A stretch of DNA of 64,000 nucleotides from Pristiophorus japonicus (lineage: Eukaryota): assembly GCF_044704955.1 (NCBI RefSeq), contig NC_091977.1, positions 992,001 through 1,056,000 on the forward strand. Direction: 5' to 3'. Below, piece by piece: positions 1-12,599 of the stretch. The first letter of the stretch is position 1; every line of letters starts with the position of its first letter. The notes beneath the pieces were generated by a model, which was given only the letters and a program-made list of their open reading frames with translations, did not search any database and was not told where the DNA came from. The translations under genes were made by a program, and so were the position numbers.

Positions 1-2082
1 GCGGTGGTGTGAATACCATCCCATGATCTTCCTCAGGTTCCTCAGTGTCCACGCTGAACCTTTTTTTTAAGTTGGTCCAGATGCTTGCGGCATACCTGCC
101 CATTGTTAAGTTTAACCACGATGACCCTATTGCCCTCTTTCTCTATTACAGTACCCTCGAGCTATTTGGGCCCCACGGCGTGATTGAGAACAAATACGGG
201 GTCATCAATTTCTATACATCTCCCCCTTGAGTTTCACGGTACTCGTTTTGGAACTGCCGCTTGCCCTCAACAATGTCGGACAGGACTGGATGAATGAGGG
301 ACAGCCGAGTTTTGAGTGTTCGTTTCATGAGTAGCTCCGCGGGCGGGACCCCCGTGAGCGAGTGCGGTCGGGACCGATAGGCCAGCAGGAGGCGCGATAG
401 GCGGCATTGAAGGGAGGGTCCTTGAATCCGGAGCATGCCTTGTTTTATGAGTTCGACCGCATGTTCCGCCTGGCCATTGGAGGCCGGCTTGAACGGTGCT
501 ATCCTGACATGGTTAATGCCATTACCCGGCATGAACTCCCGGAATTCGTAGCTTGTGAAACATGGGCCATTATTGCTAACAAGGATGTCCAGCAAGCCGT
601 GGGTTGCAAAGACCGTGGGCAGACTCTCCGCGGTGGTGGATGTCGTGCACAAATTCAAAATGATGCACTCGATTCACTTCGAGTACGCATCAACCACAAT
701 GAGAAACAGTTTTCTCATGAACGGGCCCGCGTAGTCTACGTGAATACGTGACCATGGCCTGGTGGGCCAGGGCCACGGGCTGAGCGGGGCCTCCCTGGGG
801 GCATTACCCAGCTGGACACACGTCGTGCACCTGCGAACACAGTGTTCCAGGTCTGAATCAATTCCCGGCCACCAAACATGTGACCGGGCAATGGCCTTCA
901 TCAGCACAATGCCTGGATGCTCACTGTGGAGTTCCCTGATGAATGCTTCCCTGTCCCTCTGGGGCATGACTACCCGGCTGCCCCATAGTAGGCAGTCGGC
1001 TTGGATGGAGAGCTCATCCATCCGTCTGTGAAACGGTCTGACCTCCTCAGGAGCATGCTCCGTGTGCGGGCGCCCAATCCCCAGTCAGGACACATTTCTT
1101 AATCAGAGATAGGAGGGGATGTCTGTCCAGATTTTGATCTGGCGGGCTGTGATGGGGGAGCCTGCGCTGTCAAAGGCATCGACAGCCATGGCCATCTCAG
1201 CGCTTTGCTCCGCTGCCCCCTCAGTGGTGGCCAGTGGAAGCCTGCTGAGCACGTCAGCGCAGTTTTCAGTGCCGGGCTGGTGCCAGATGGTGTCGTCGTA
1301 TGCAGCCAGCGTGAGAGCCCATCGCTGTATGCGGGTTGACACGTTGGCATTGACGGCCTTGCTGTCTGACAGCAGGGATGTTAATGGCTTGTGGTCCGTT
1401 TCTAATTCGAACCTCCTGCCAAAAAGATACTGATGCATCTTTTTCACCCCATAGACACATGCAAGTGCTTTCTTGTCAAGCATCCCATATCCCCATTCAG
1501 CTTGAGAGAGCGACCTGGAAGCATAAGCCACAGGTTGTAGCTGCCCTCAGCGTTATCCTGCTGCAACAAGCACCCAACCCCATAGGACGATGCATCATAT
1601 GTCAGAACCAATTTCTTACGGGGGTCGTACAACTTATTTGAACAAAGTAGGTTCCGCGCCCGATTGAAAGCCCATTCCTGACAGTCCCCCCAAAACCAAT
1701 CACAACCCTTACGCAGGAGCATGTGTAGCGGCTCCAACAATGTGCTTAAGTTCGGCAGAAAGTTCCCAAAATAGTTCAAGAGTCCCAGAAATGAACGCAA
1801 CTCCGACGTGTTGCAGGGTCTGGGCTCTCGTCGAATCACCTCCATGTTGGATTCGGTAGGCCGAATACCGTCTGCAGCAACCCCCCTGCCCAGAAACTTG
1901 ACCTCGGGAGCTAAAAACACACACTTAGACTTCTTGAGTCGCTGGCCTACCCGGTCCAGTCGGCATAGCACCTCCTCCAGGTTGTGGAGGTGTTCCTCAG
2001 TGTCACGACCGGTGATGAGGATGTCGTCCTAAAATACGATTGTTCATGAATGGATTTGAGCAGGCTTTCCACGTTTCTTTGA

Positions 2083-3528
2083 ACATAAGAACATTAGAAC
2101 ATAAGAATTAGAAACAGGAGTAGGCCATCCAGCCCCTCGAGCCTGCTCCGCCATTCAACAAGATCATGGCTGATCTGGCCGTGGACTCAGCTCCACTTAC
2201 CCGCCTGCTCCTCATAACCCTTAATTCCCTTATTGTTAAAAATCTATCTATCTGTGATTTGAATACATTCAATGAGCTAGCCTCAACTGCTTCCTTGGGC
2301 AGAGAATTCCACAGATTCACAACCCTCTGGGAGAAGAAATTCCTTCTCAACTCGGTTTTAAATTGGCTCCCCCGTATTTTGAGGCTGTGCCCTCGAGTTC
2401 TAGTCTCCCCGACCAGTGGAAACAACCGCTCTGCCTCGATCTTGTCTATCCCTTTCATTATTTTAAATGTTTCCATATGATCACCCCTCATCCTTCTGAA
2501 CTCCGACGAGTAAAGACCCAGTCTACTCAATCTATCATCATAAGGTAACCCCCTCATCTCCGGAATCAGCCTAGTGAATCGTCTCTGTACCCCCTCCAAA
2601 GCCAGTATATCCTTCCTGAAGTAAGGTGACCAAAACTGCACGCAGTACTCCAGGTGCGGCCTCACCAATACCCTGTACAGTTGCAGCAGGACCTCCCTGC
2701 TTTTGTACTCCATCCCTCTCGCAATGAAGGCCAACATTCCATTCGCCTTCCTGATTACCTGCTGCACCTGCAAACTAACTTTTTGGGATTCATGCACAAG
2801 GACCCCCAGGTCCCTCTGCACCGCAGCATGTTGTAATTTCTCCCCATTCAAATAATATTCCCTTTTACTGTTTTTTTTTCTAAGGTGGATGACCTCACAT
2901 TTTCCGACATTGTATTCCATCTGCCAAATCCTAGCTCATTCGCTTAACCTATCTAAATCTCTTTACAGCCTCTCTGTATCCTCTACACAACCCGCTTTCC
3001 CACTCATCTTTGTGTCATCTGCAAATTTTGTAACACTACACTCTGTCCCCTCTTCCAGGTCATCTATGCATATTGTAAACAGTTGTGGTCCCAGCACCGA
3101 TCCCTGTGGCACACCACTAACCACCGATTTCCAACCCGAAAAGGACCCATTTATCCCGACTCTCTGCTTTCTGTTTGCCAGCCAATTCTTATCCATGCTA
3201 ATACATTTCCTCTGACTTCGCGTACCTTTATCTTCTGCAGTAACCTTTTGTGTGGCAGCTTATCGAATGCTTTTTGGAAATCTAAACACACCACATCCAT
3301 CGGTACACCTCTATCCACCATGCTCGTTATATCCTCAAAGAATTTCAGTAAATTAGTTAAACATGATTTCCCCTTCATGAATCCATGTTGCGTCTGCTTG
3401 ATTGCACTATTCCTATCTAGATGTCCCGCTATTTCTTCCTTAATAATAGCTTCAAGCATTTTCCCCACGACAGATGTTAAACTAACTGACTTATACTTAC
3501 CTGCCTTTTGTCTGCCCCCTTTTTTAAA
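2083..3528 (-). mobile_element. 5'-truncated CR1-type LINE inserted into the Gypsy RT
   Basis: ORF2 motifs [40 protein letters not shown]; 3' tail of AACATAAG-type repeats at 2083-2110. Confidence 0.93.
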
Positions 3529-5487
3529 CATCGCAGCCGCTGATCGAATGCCAAACGGACATCTGTTGTAAACAAACAGTCCCTTGTGCGTAGTGATGGT
3601 GGTCAGTAGTTTAGATTCGTTGGCCAGTTCTTGGGTCATGTAGGCTGAAGTGAGATCCAACTTGGGAAACAGCTTGCCACCTGCCATGGGGCAAAAAGGT
3701 CCTCCGCTCTCGGGAGCGGGTATTGGTCTTGTAGGGCCACCTGGTTGATAGTGGCCTTGTAGTCGCCACAGATCCTGACCGAGCCATCCGTTTTTAGGAT
3801 GGGAACGATGGGGGTCGCCCAGTCGCTGAATTCAATGGGTGAGATGATGCCCTCTCTCAGCAACCGGACCAACTCACTCTCAATTTTCTCCCGTATCACA
3901 TACGGCACAGCTCTGGCTTTGTGGTGCACTGATCTGGCATCTGGAGTGATGCGTATCACTACTTTGGTACCTTTGAACATCCCGACGCCAGGTTGACTCA
4001 AATTGCTGTAGGACCTGTGAGCATGAACTTCACTCCACAGATGATATGGCGTGCACGTCCCATCATTTCCAGTTCATCTCAACTAACCAGCTCCTCCCCA
4101 ACAGTGTGGGACCATTGCCCGGGACAATCCAGAGCAGCAGCCGGTTCACCGATCCATTGTGTGTGACCGCCAACATTGCACTGCCTAGCACTGGAATGAT
4201 TTCTTTGGTGTACATCCGTAATTGCGTCTCAATGCGTTCTAGTTGAGTCTGCTGGCTTTGAGTGGCCACAGCTTTTCGAATTCTTGAACACTCATGAGTG
4301 ACTGGCTGGCCCCCGTGTCTAGCTCCATGCATACAGGGATGCCGTTTAATAGGACTTTCATCATCATAGGTGGCGTTTTGGTATATGAGCTGTGAATGTT
4401 TGCCACATGAACCCGCTGAACTTCAGCATCCAGTGATTTGCCCCAAGCGTCATCCTGCCTCACAGACCCCTCATCTGGTTCATCCGCCTCGTATATTGGC
4501 CTGGTTACAGGCTTTCTGCACATTCTGGCTCAATAGCCACCGAAGTTACAATTTCTGCAGACGAACTGTTGAAACCTGCAAGTCCTGGCAGTATGTCTGC
4601 CCCCACACCTCCAGCATGAACTGAGATTCCCATTGTTGTGAACAAAAGAGCTGTTACAAGGCATTCCTCGCTGATTGTCCCTTTGACTGCTCTTGAGCAC
4701 CCTGTTAGTGGGTGTCAATGGCCCCATCCCGGGCCGCATTGTCCACTGGGGGGACCGTAAATGTCCGTTCAGCCTGCCATTGTCTCTGTTAGAGACTTAC
4801 TCTTGGGTCTATTGCTGCCTGGGGTGTGTCGAACTGCCCTTGCCTGCCTGCGGGGCTCTGTGTCGCGTTTATGATATTGACTCTCTGATCCATCGCCACG
4901 TTGGAGGCAGAATTGTGCGCGTATATTATCTTGTTTTCCTCCTCCCCCGCCATAAATGTCTGAGCCATCAACGCCGCCGCTTCCAAGGTCAAGTCCCTGG
5001 TCTCAATTAGCTTTCTGATGATCCCAGCATGACCAATGCCCTCAATAAAGAAATCCCTTAGCATCTCCCCCCTGCAGGCATCTGTGAACTTACAGAGGCT
5101 GGCCAATCGCCGGAGCTCCGCAACGAAATCCGGTATGCTCTGTCCTTCCCGATATCGGTGTGTATAGAATCTGTGTCGGGCCATATGTACACTGCTCGCC
5201 GGTTTAAGGTGCTCACCGATTAGTTTGCTGAGCTCTTCAAAGGTTTTGTCCGCCGGCTTCTCGGTTGCTAGCAGGTCTTTCATGAGCGCGTAAGTCTTAG
5301 GTCCACAGCTGGTCAGTAGATGAACCCTTCGCTTGTCAGCTGCTGCGTCTCCCAGCCAGTCCTTCGTGACAAAACTCTGCTGGAGCCTCTCAATGAAATC
5401 ATCCCAGTCCTCACCAACACAATACCGTTCCTCTGTGCTACCCGTGGCCATTCTCGTGGGTCGTTGATTCCCGTTTCTCGTCGCCAA

Positions 5488-5732
5488 TGTAAAGTCCTTA
5501 CACAATACCACAAATCCACACGAGGCACATTCTATGGACAAGGTCACTCCATGACCTGAACCTTTATCCACAGGACCAAGCAGTGATGGCCTTGCGTGGG
5601 ACCTCCCTTTATATACCTGGATGACCAGGTGAGGAGTGTCTCCCACAAGTTCACCCCCTGTGGTCAAGGTGTGCATTTCTTATGTACATTACAGTATTGC
5701 AGTGTTGTTACAAAAAGGTTACATACATGACA
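5488..5732 (-). repeat. 5' LTR of the Gypsy element (TG...CA, ~245 bp)
   Basis: On the - strand it starts TGTCATGTATG and ends TTTACA, followed by PBS TGGCGACGAG. Confidence 0.8.
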
Positions 5733-6399
5733 ATTCCCACCTACCGCCCTCTCTCAGCTGATGAATCAGTTCTCCTCTATGTTCACCACCACTTGGAAGA
5801 AGCATTGAAGGTCGCAGGGAGATAGATAGATTTCTAGAAACAAAAGACATCAAGGGGTATGGGGAAACGCGGGAATATGGTGTTGAGATAGAGGATCAGC
5901 CATGATCATACTGAATGGCGGTACAGATTCGAAAGGCGGATAACCGGACCAGGTGAGTTCAGGTGCGTGCTTCTCCTGGGTCCGTGCAAGGTCAGGGGTG
6001 CACATCTTCCAGTGCCGGCCTGTCTTTTAAGCTGCACAAGGGCTCGCTGCATTGAAGGCGCTCAGTACATTGTAATCTGAACGTGTCCGTGGTTTCAGAG
6101 CCACTCTTGTATCATTCACAGTGCAAGTTATTTGGTACTGTCGATAAGTGTCTGTTTGCACAGGTTTCACACCATGTTTAAAATGCACTTCTTCAAACAG
6201 AAGAGATGTTTGCTGTCGCAACACCTTCCCACTGAAAGAGGGCAGCAGTGCGCTGAAAAAGCTAAATTCATCCCAAGTCTGCAGCACATGGTGAATGAAC
6301 CCTTCGCTCCAGGACACTCGAAAGGCTATGAATGAAAAAGTAAGGGGTAAAAAATAGCACAGGAGTACCATCAGGTACATCCTGACACAGACAACCTGC

Positions 6400-7097
6400 A
6401 ACATAGAAACATAGAAACATAGAAACATAGAAAATAGGTGCAGGAGTAGGCCATTCGGCCCTTCTAGCCTGCACCGCCATTCAATGAGTTCATGGCTGAA
6501 CATACAACTTCAGTATCCCATTCCTGCTTTCTCGCCATACCCCTTGATCCCCCTAGTAGTAAGGACTACATCTAACTCCTTTTTGAATATATTTAGTGAA
6601 TTGGCCTCAACAACTTTCTGTGGTAGAGAATTCCGCAGGTTCACCACTCTCTGGGTGAAGAAGTTTCTCCTCATCTCGGTCCTAAATGGCTTACCCCTTA
6701 TCCTTAGACTGTGGCACCTGGTTCTGGACTTCCCCAACATTGGGAACATTCTTCCTGCATCTAACCTGTCTAAACCCGTCAGAATTTTAAACGTTTCTAT
6801 GAGATCCCCTCTCATTCTTCTGAACTCCAGTGAATACAAGCCCAGTTGATCCAATCTTTCTTGATATGTCAGTCCCGCCATCCCGGGAATCAGTCTGGTG
6901 AACCTTCGCTGCACTCCCTCAATAGCAAGAATGTCCTTCCTCAAGTTAGGAGACCAAAACTGTACACAATACTCCAGGTGTGGCCTCACCAAGGCCCTGT
7001 ACAACTGTAGTAACACCTCCCTGCCCCTGTACTCAAATCCCCTCGCTATGAAGGCCAACATGCCATTTGCTTTCTTAACCGCCTGCTGTACCTGCAG
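6400..7097 (-). mobile_element. CR1-type LINE 3' fragment
   Basis: ORF 6510..7118 ([30 protein letters not shown]); (ACATAGAA)n tail at 6400-6432. Confidence 0.9.
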
Positions 7098-8079
7098 GCG
7101 GTTAAGAAAATCCTTCACTTGTGTCGAGGGCGGGGTTGAAATGGTCGCACCATCTGGCTATCAGAATACAATACCACACGACACAAACCCCAGGGTGGAA
7201 CCCAGGATTATCCCCCTATTACTATCCCAGTCTTTATCAGGATAGCTGAAGTCCCCCATTATTATACTACTCTATAGTTCTTGGTGCTCTCTATAATTTC
7301 TCTGTAAATTTGCTCCTCCATATCTTTCCCACTATTTGGTGTCTATAGAATACACCGAGTGGTGTAATGGTACCTCGACTATTCCTTAACTCTAGCTATA
7401 TAGATTCTGTCCTTGACCCCTCCAGGACCCTCCCTCTCCAGCACTGTAACATTCTCCTTAACCAATACTGCCACACCACCTCCTAACTTTCCCTCCCTAT
7501 CTTTCCTGAACAGCTTATAACCAGGAATATTTCATACCCAATCCTGCCCTTTCCTGAGCCAGGTCTCAGTTAATGCCACAACATCCTATTCCCCTGCGGC
7601 TCTTTGTGCCTGTAGCTCACTGACCTTGTTTACTACGCTTCATGCGTTCACATACATACGCTGGAAGGCCAGCTTAGACCATCCTGTGTTCTCTCTGAGG
7701 TGGCCCCCATCTCCCCATCCCCTGATCCACAAGGGCACCGTCTGATTTGGGAGATGTTTGACTGTCCGTGTGGCCTCAAGACACACTGCTTGTGATTACT
7801 CCACGATCAACTCGACCTTCCTCATCGTTGCGATTGAGTTTACTTCAGTGTCCAGGACACATCGAACCCGCCATTGCTTGCTGCTGGGCTTGTCCCAGTA
7901 TCTGAGACACATTGAACCTCCTCATGGCTGGGGCTATTTCACCACACACTTTCTCTTTACCTCTTTATTACAATCCCTACTTGTTTCCTCTGCCCCGGCG
8001 AACGGAGGCGAGGATTCCAGTCTCCAAATCCTGGGTTGATGTCCAGCGAGGTCCTGTTGCCCGATGGGAGCGGACTGTC

Positions 8080-10420
8080 AACCAACATTCCCTGGATTCT
8101 GGGGCGGTCCCAGCAGATTGGAAAACCACAAATGTAACGCCCCTATTTGAAAAAGGAGGCAGACAAAAAGCAGGAAACTATAGACCAGTTAGCCTAACGT
8201 CTGTCGTTGGGAAAATGCTGCTGCTTCATCCAACTTCTTCCCAGCATCGTTGGACCATCGTTGGCAACAATCCACAGTGGGAGCTTGTTCATCACGCCGC
8301 CCTGGGAGACCTGGACACCCACGCTGCCAACGACTGGGATGGTGCCTTTGGTGTAGGTGAGCAGTTTTGCCTGGACAGGAGACAGTTTTGGTCGTTTGAC
8401 GGGATTGAACCAAAGTTTTTCAAATGTCATCTAGCTCATCAAAGACTGGCTCATCCCTGTGTCGATCTCCATCAAAATTGGAACTCCGTTGATGTCCACT
8501 TCCATCTTCCACGGGGAACTCTCGGTGGAGCAGGTATAAATTCCATATTCTTCTTCCAGAGGTTGAACAGCTTCACCTTCATCAATGTCGGAGCCCAGGT
8601 GATCAGCCAACTCTTCAGCGGTGAGTAAAGCTTTTTCTGCACATTCTCTGAAGGTGACCTTTCACGTTGCAGCCTTTCACTTTGTAGCGGCACTGATGGG
8701 CCCTGTGATTTCCTCCACAGCGCAGCATGGGGCTAGCCGGCTGGCCCCATGTGACAGACTCAGGGTTGCGGGACTCGGGGCAACATTTCTGCCTTTGAAA
8801 TTTGCCACTCTATTCACTGCGCTCGTCGGTTTAGACTCCTGGGTGTGGGTCATCATTCGTTTGGAGTCGCCGACCGAAATCATGTCGGCCTGGCTCACTT
8901 TAATTGCCTTCTGCAAGGTGACTGTGATGTCTGCAGAGAGCAGTTTGTGGAGGAGGCCCTCGTGGCCGATTCCAATAACAAATATGTCCCTTAGCGCTTC
9001 AGTCAACTGGTCGCCAAAATCACACGGTGCAGCCAACCTTCTTAAATCTGCAGAGTACTTAGCAAATGTTTGGCCTTCGGGTCGCCGGTGAGTGTCAAAC
9101 CAGTGCCTGGCTATGAGGGTGGTCTCTTTGGGTTTCAGTTGCTCTTGCATTAGGGTTACGAGCTCGCCATAGCTCTTGGTTGTTGTCTTCGCTGGGGCTA
9201 GTAGGTCACTGATGAGGCCTTGGATAGTGGGCCCACAACTGCTAAATAGGATGGCCCTGCGGTTCGCCAGTGTGGCCGGTGAGTCCCCATCCAGGTCGTT
9301 GGCAATGAAGAAGCATTCTAACCTTGCCACGAAGGCGTCCCAATCTTCCCCATCGGTGAATTGTTGAACGTTGCTGAGATTCGACATGTTGTGCCCTCAT
9401 CGTCAGTTATTGTGTATGTAGGCACTCTGTTAATGACTCCACGAGGCAAGGGTATGGCACTTGAACTGTACAGACTGCAGTCCTTTATTGCAGCTGCTAA
9501 AGTGAGGACACCAAGAGGTGAGCTCCCTTTTATACTGGGTTACCTGCAGTGTACAGGTGACCCTTGGGTCTGCAGCAGCAGCACCCTCTGGTGTACAGGT
9601 GTGGTATATACAGGGTGAAGGTACATTCAGATCTAGTGTTACAGTACATCATTACATCATTGGCATGCATACATAACAGTAACGAGCAGGGTGGATACGG
9701 GGGAACCAGTGGATGTGGTGTATTTGGATTTCCAGAAAGACATTCGATAAGGTGCCACATAAAAGGTTACTACACAAGATAAAAGCTCACAGGTTTGGGG
9801 GTAATATATCAGCATGGATAGAGGATTGGCTAACTAACAAAAAACAGAGGGTCGGGGTAAATGGATCATTTTCCAGTTGACAAACAGTGACTAGTGGGGT
9901 GCCGCAGGGATCGGTGCTGGGGCCTCAACTATTTACAATCTATATTAATGACTTGGATGAAGGGACCGAGTGTAATGTAGCCAAGTTTCCTGATGATGCA
10001 AAGATGGGTGGGAAAGCAAATTGTGAGAAGGACACAAAATTTCTGCAAAGGGATATAGACAGGCTAAGTGAGTGGGAAAAAATTTGGCAAATGGAGTATA
10101 ATGTGCGAAAATGTAAGGTTATCCACTTTGGCAGAAATAATAGAAAAGAAAATTATAATATAAATGGACAAAAATTGCAAAGTGCTTCAGTACAGAGAGA
10201 CCTGGGGTCCTTGTGCATGAAACACAAAAACGTTAGTATGTAGGTACAGCAAGTAATCAGGAAGGCAAATGGAATGTTGGCCTTTATTGCAAGGGGATAG
10301 AGTATAAAAGCAGAGAAGTCCTGCTACAACTGAACAGGGTATAGGTGAGGCCACACCTGGAGTACTGCGTGCAGTTTTGGTCTCCGTATTAAAGGAAAGA
10401 TATACTTGCATTGGAGGCTA
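8080..10420 (+). mobile_element. CR1-type LINE fragment split by a Gypsy insertion (pieces ~8080-8220 and 9679-10420)
   Basis: VPADWKTTNVTPLFEKGGRQKAGNYRPVSLTSVVGKML on the left; VDVVYLDFQK and [11 protein letters not shown] on the right. Confidence 0.85.
8221..9678 (-). mobile_element. Truncated Gypsy element: 5' LTR (~9407-9678), degenerate PBS, gag and protease
   Basis: ORF 8677..9387 is gag (EDWDAFVARL, LRDIFVIGI); protease (GPTMLGRSW); the LTR starts TGTTATGTATG on the - strand. Confidence 0.85.
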
Positions 10421-10651
10421 CAGCTATATTATATTGATCAGTTATGGATAAACAAAACCTGATGAGATTTAATGTGAAATCATTGCTCGATGTTGTGTTG
10501 TGTAGAAAAAACTGAATTTCGCCCATCGCAGATAAGGCCGTGTATGAGCACTTCCTCGTATCACTCTCCACCACATCCCCCTACCGCGCCCTGTCCCCCC
10601 AACCCTACTTTCTCCTGTATCTGCCCTTGGAAAAAACTCACTCCTGGCTCT

Positions 10652-12115
10652 CATATCATCATAGGCAGTCCCTCAGAATCGAGGAAGTCTTGCTTCCACT
10701 CCTGAAGTGAGTTCTTCGGTGGCTGAACAGTCCAATACGAGAGCCACAGACTTTGTCACAGGTGGGACAGACAGATGTTGTGGGAAGGGGTGGGTGGGAC
10801 AGGTTTGCCGCATGCTCCTTCCGCTGCCTGCACTTGATTTCTGCATGCTCTCGGCGTTGAGACTCCAGGTGATCAGCGCCCTCCCGGATGCACTTCTTCC
10901 ACTTAGGGTGATCTTTGGTCAGGTGTCAGTGGGAACGTCGCACTTTATCAGGGAGGCTTTGAGGGTGTCCTTGCAACATTTCCGCTGCCCACCTTTGGCT
11001 CGTTTGCCATGAAGGAGCTCAGAGTAGAGCGCTTGCTTTGGGAGTCTCGTGTCTGGCATGCAAACTATGTGGCCTGCCCAGCGGAGCTGATCAAGTGTGG
11101 TCAGTGCTTCAATGCTGGGGATGTTAGCCAGGATAAGGACACTGATGTTGGTGCGTCTGTCCTCCCAGGGGATTTGTAGGATCTTGCGGAGACATCGTTG
11201 GTGATATTTTTCCAGCGACTTGAGGTGTCTACTGTACATGGTCCATGTCTCTGAGTCATACAGGAGGGCGGGTATTACTACAGCCCCTGTAGACCATGAG
11301 CTTGGTGGCAGTTTTGAGAGCCTGGTCTTCAAACACTCTTTTCCTCAGGCGGCTGAAGGCTGCACTAGCGCACTGGAGGCAGTGTTGGATCTCGCCATCA
11401 ATGCCTGCTCTTCTTGATAGGAGGCTCCCGAGATATGGGAAGTGGTCCACGGTGTCCAGGGCTGTGCCGTGGATCTTGATGACTGGGGGGCAGTGCTGTG
11501 CCGTGAGGGCAGGCTGGTGGAGGACCTTTGTCTTACGGTTGTTTAGCGTAAGGCCCATGCTTTCGTACGCCTCGGTAAATACGTCAACTATGTCCTGGAG
11601 TTCAGTCTCTGTATGTGCGTCCTGTTGCTCGACGACAGAGGTTGGGGTGGTCTTGGACCTGGGCCGGATTCTGGTTCTGTAGTTTAGTTCCACTCCAGCG
11701 AGGAGCTTGTTGACTGTGAGGTGGAGCATGGCAATGAGAAAGATTGAGAAGAGGGGTCGATGATGCAGCCCTGTTTGACCCCGGTCCGGACGTGGATTGG
11801 GTCTGTGATGGATCCGTTGGTAAGGATCACGGCCTGCATGTCGTCGTGAAGCAGGCGGAGGATGGTGACAAACTTTTGGGGGCATCTAAAACGGAGGAGG
11901 ACGCTCCATAGACCCTCGTGGTTGACAGTGCCAAAGGCCTTTGTAAGGTTGAAGCAGGCCATGTATAAGGGCTGGCGCTGTGCCCTGCATTTTCCCTGTA
12001 GCTGTCGCGCTGCAAAAATCATATCCATCGTGTCCTGTAGGGGACGAAATCCGCTCTGTGATTCCAGGAGGAGTTCCTCGGCTACGGGAAGAAGACGGTT
12101 GAGGAGGACTCCAGT
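10652..12115 (-). mobile_element. RTE-clade LINE fragment
   Basis: ESQSGFRP, GVKQGC, FPYLGS, LYDSETWT, RLPKQALYSEL; (ATC)n-type tail near 10654. Confidence 0.88.
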
Positions 12116-12599
12116 AACTGCGCTTATGAATCTGAGCAGTCTTTGGACCTCCATTCGCCATGACATTTCTACAGCTAGCAATCTGTTCAATCACATCCTA
12201 ACAATACCTTTGCTCGAGTCCCGATTAAAACTATTACTCTCTCTCACCCTGGCCGTTCCCCCTGCTACAGCCCTCATCTTCATTCCCATAAGCCCAAGGG
12301 TCGCAGACTTGAACAGATATGGCGGAGAACTGGTTTAGCCATTCATCGCCAGATCTGGCTGGAGCACGTAAAGCATTATCGGGTCCTGCTCTCGTCTGCC
12401 AAGAACTGCTCACTATTCCAGAATCATTCTTGAATGCAAAGATAAACCCCGGTTACTATTCTCCACTGCTAACCGTCTTCTTAAACCCCTCTCCCCTGTC
12501 TCCACCACACTCACCTCCAACAAGTGTGAGGAGCTCATGGACTTCTTTGTCTCAGAGATTGACACCATTTGATCAGCTGCCTCTGTGAGTTCTCTTCCT

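Larger units (their letters stand above)
1..5732 (-). mobile_element. Ty3/Gypsy LTR retrotransposon (Mag-like), frameshifted; 3' end lies outside the window
   Basis: Gag (WDDFIERL...LRDFFIEGI, CCHC knuckle ~4540-4620), protease (MELDTGASQS), RT (RICGDYK, LDLTSAY), RNase H (DASSYGVG, ETDHKPL) and integrase (HPGI...CxxC, VSNNGPCF) in broken - strand ORFs; PBS at 5477-5486. Confidence 0.95.

Noticed and set aside
3151-3687. Novel chimeric reverse transcriptase gene
   Set aside because: A chance in-frame junction of a truncated CR1 inserted into a frameshifted Gypsy pol
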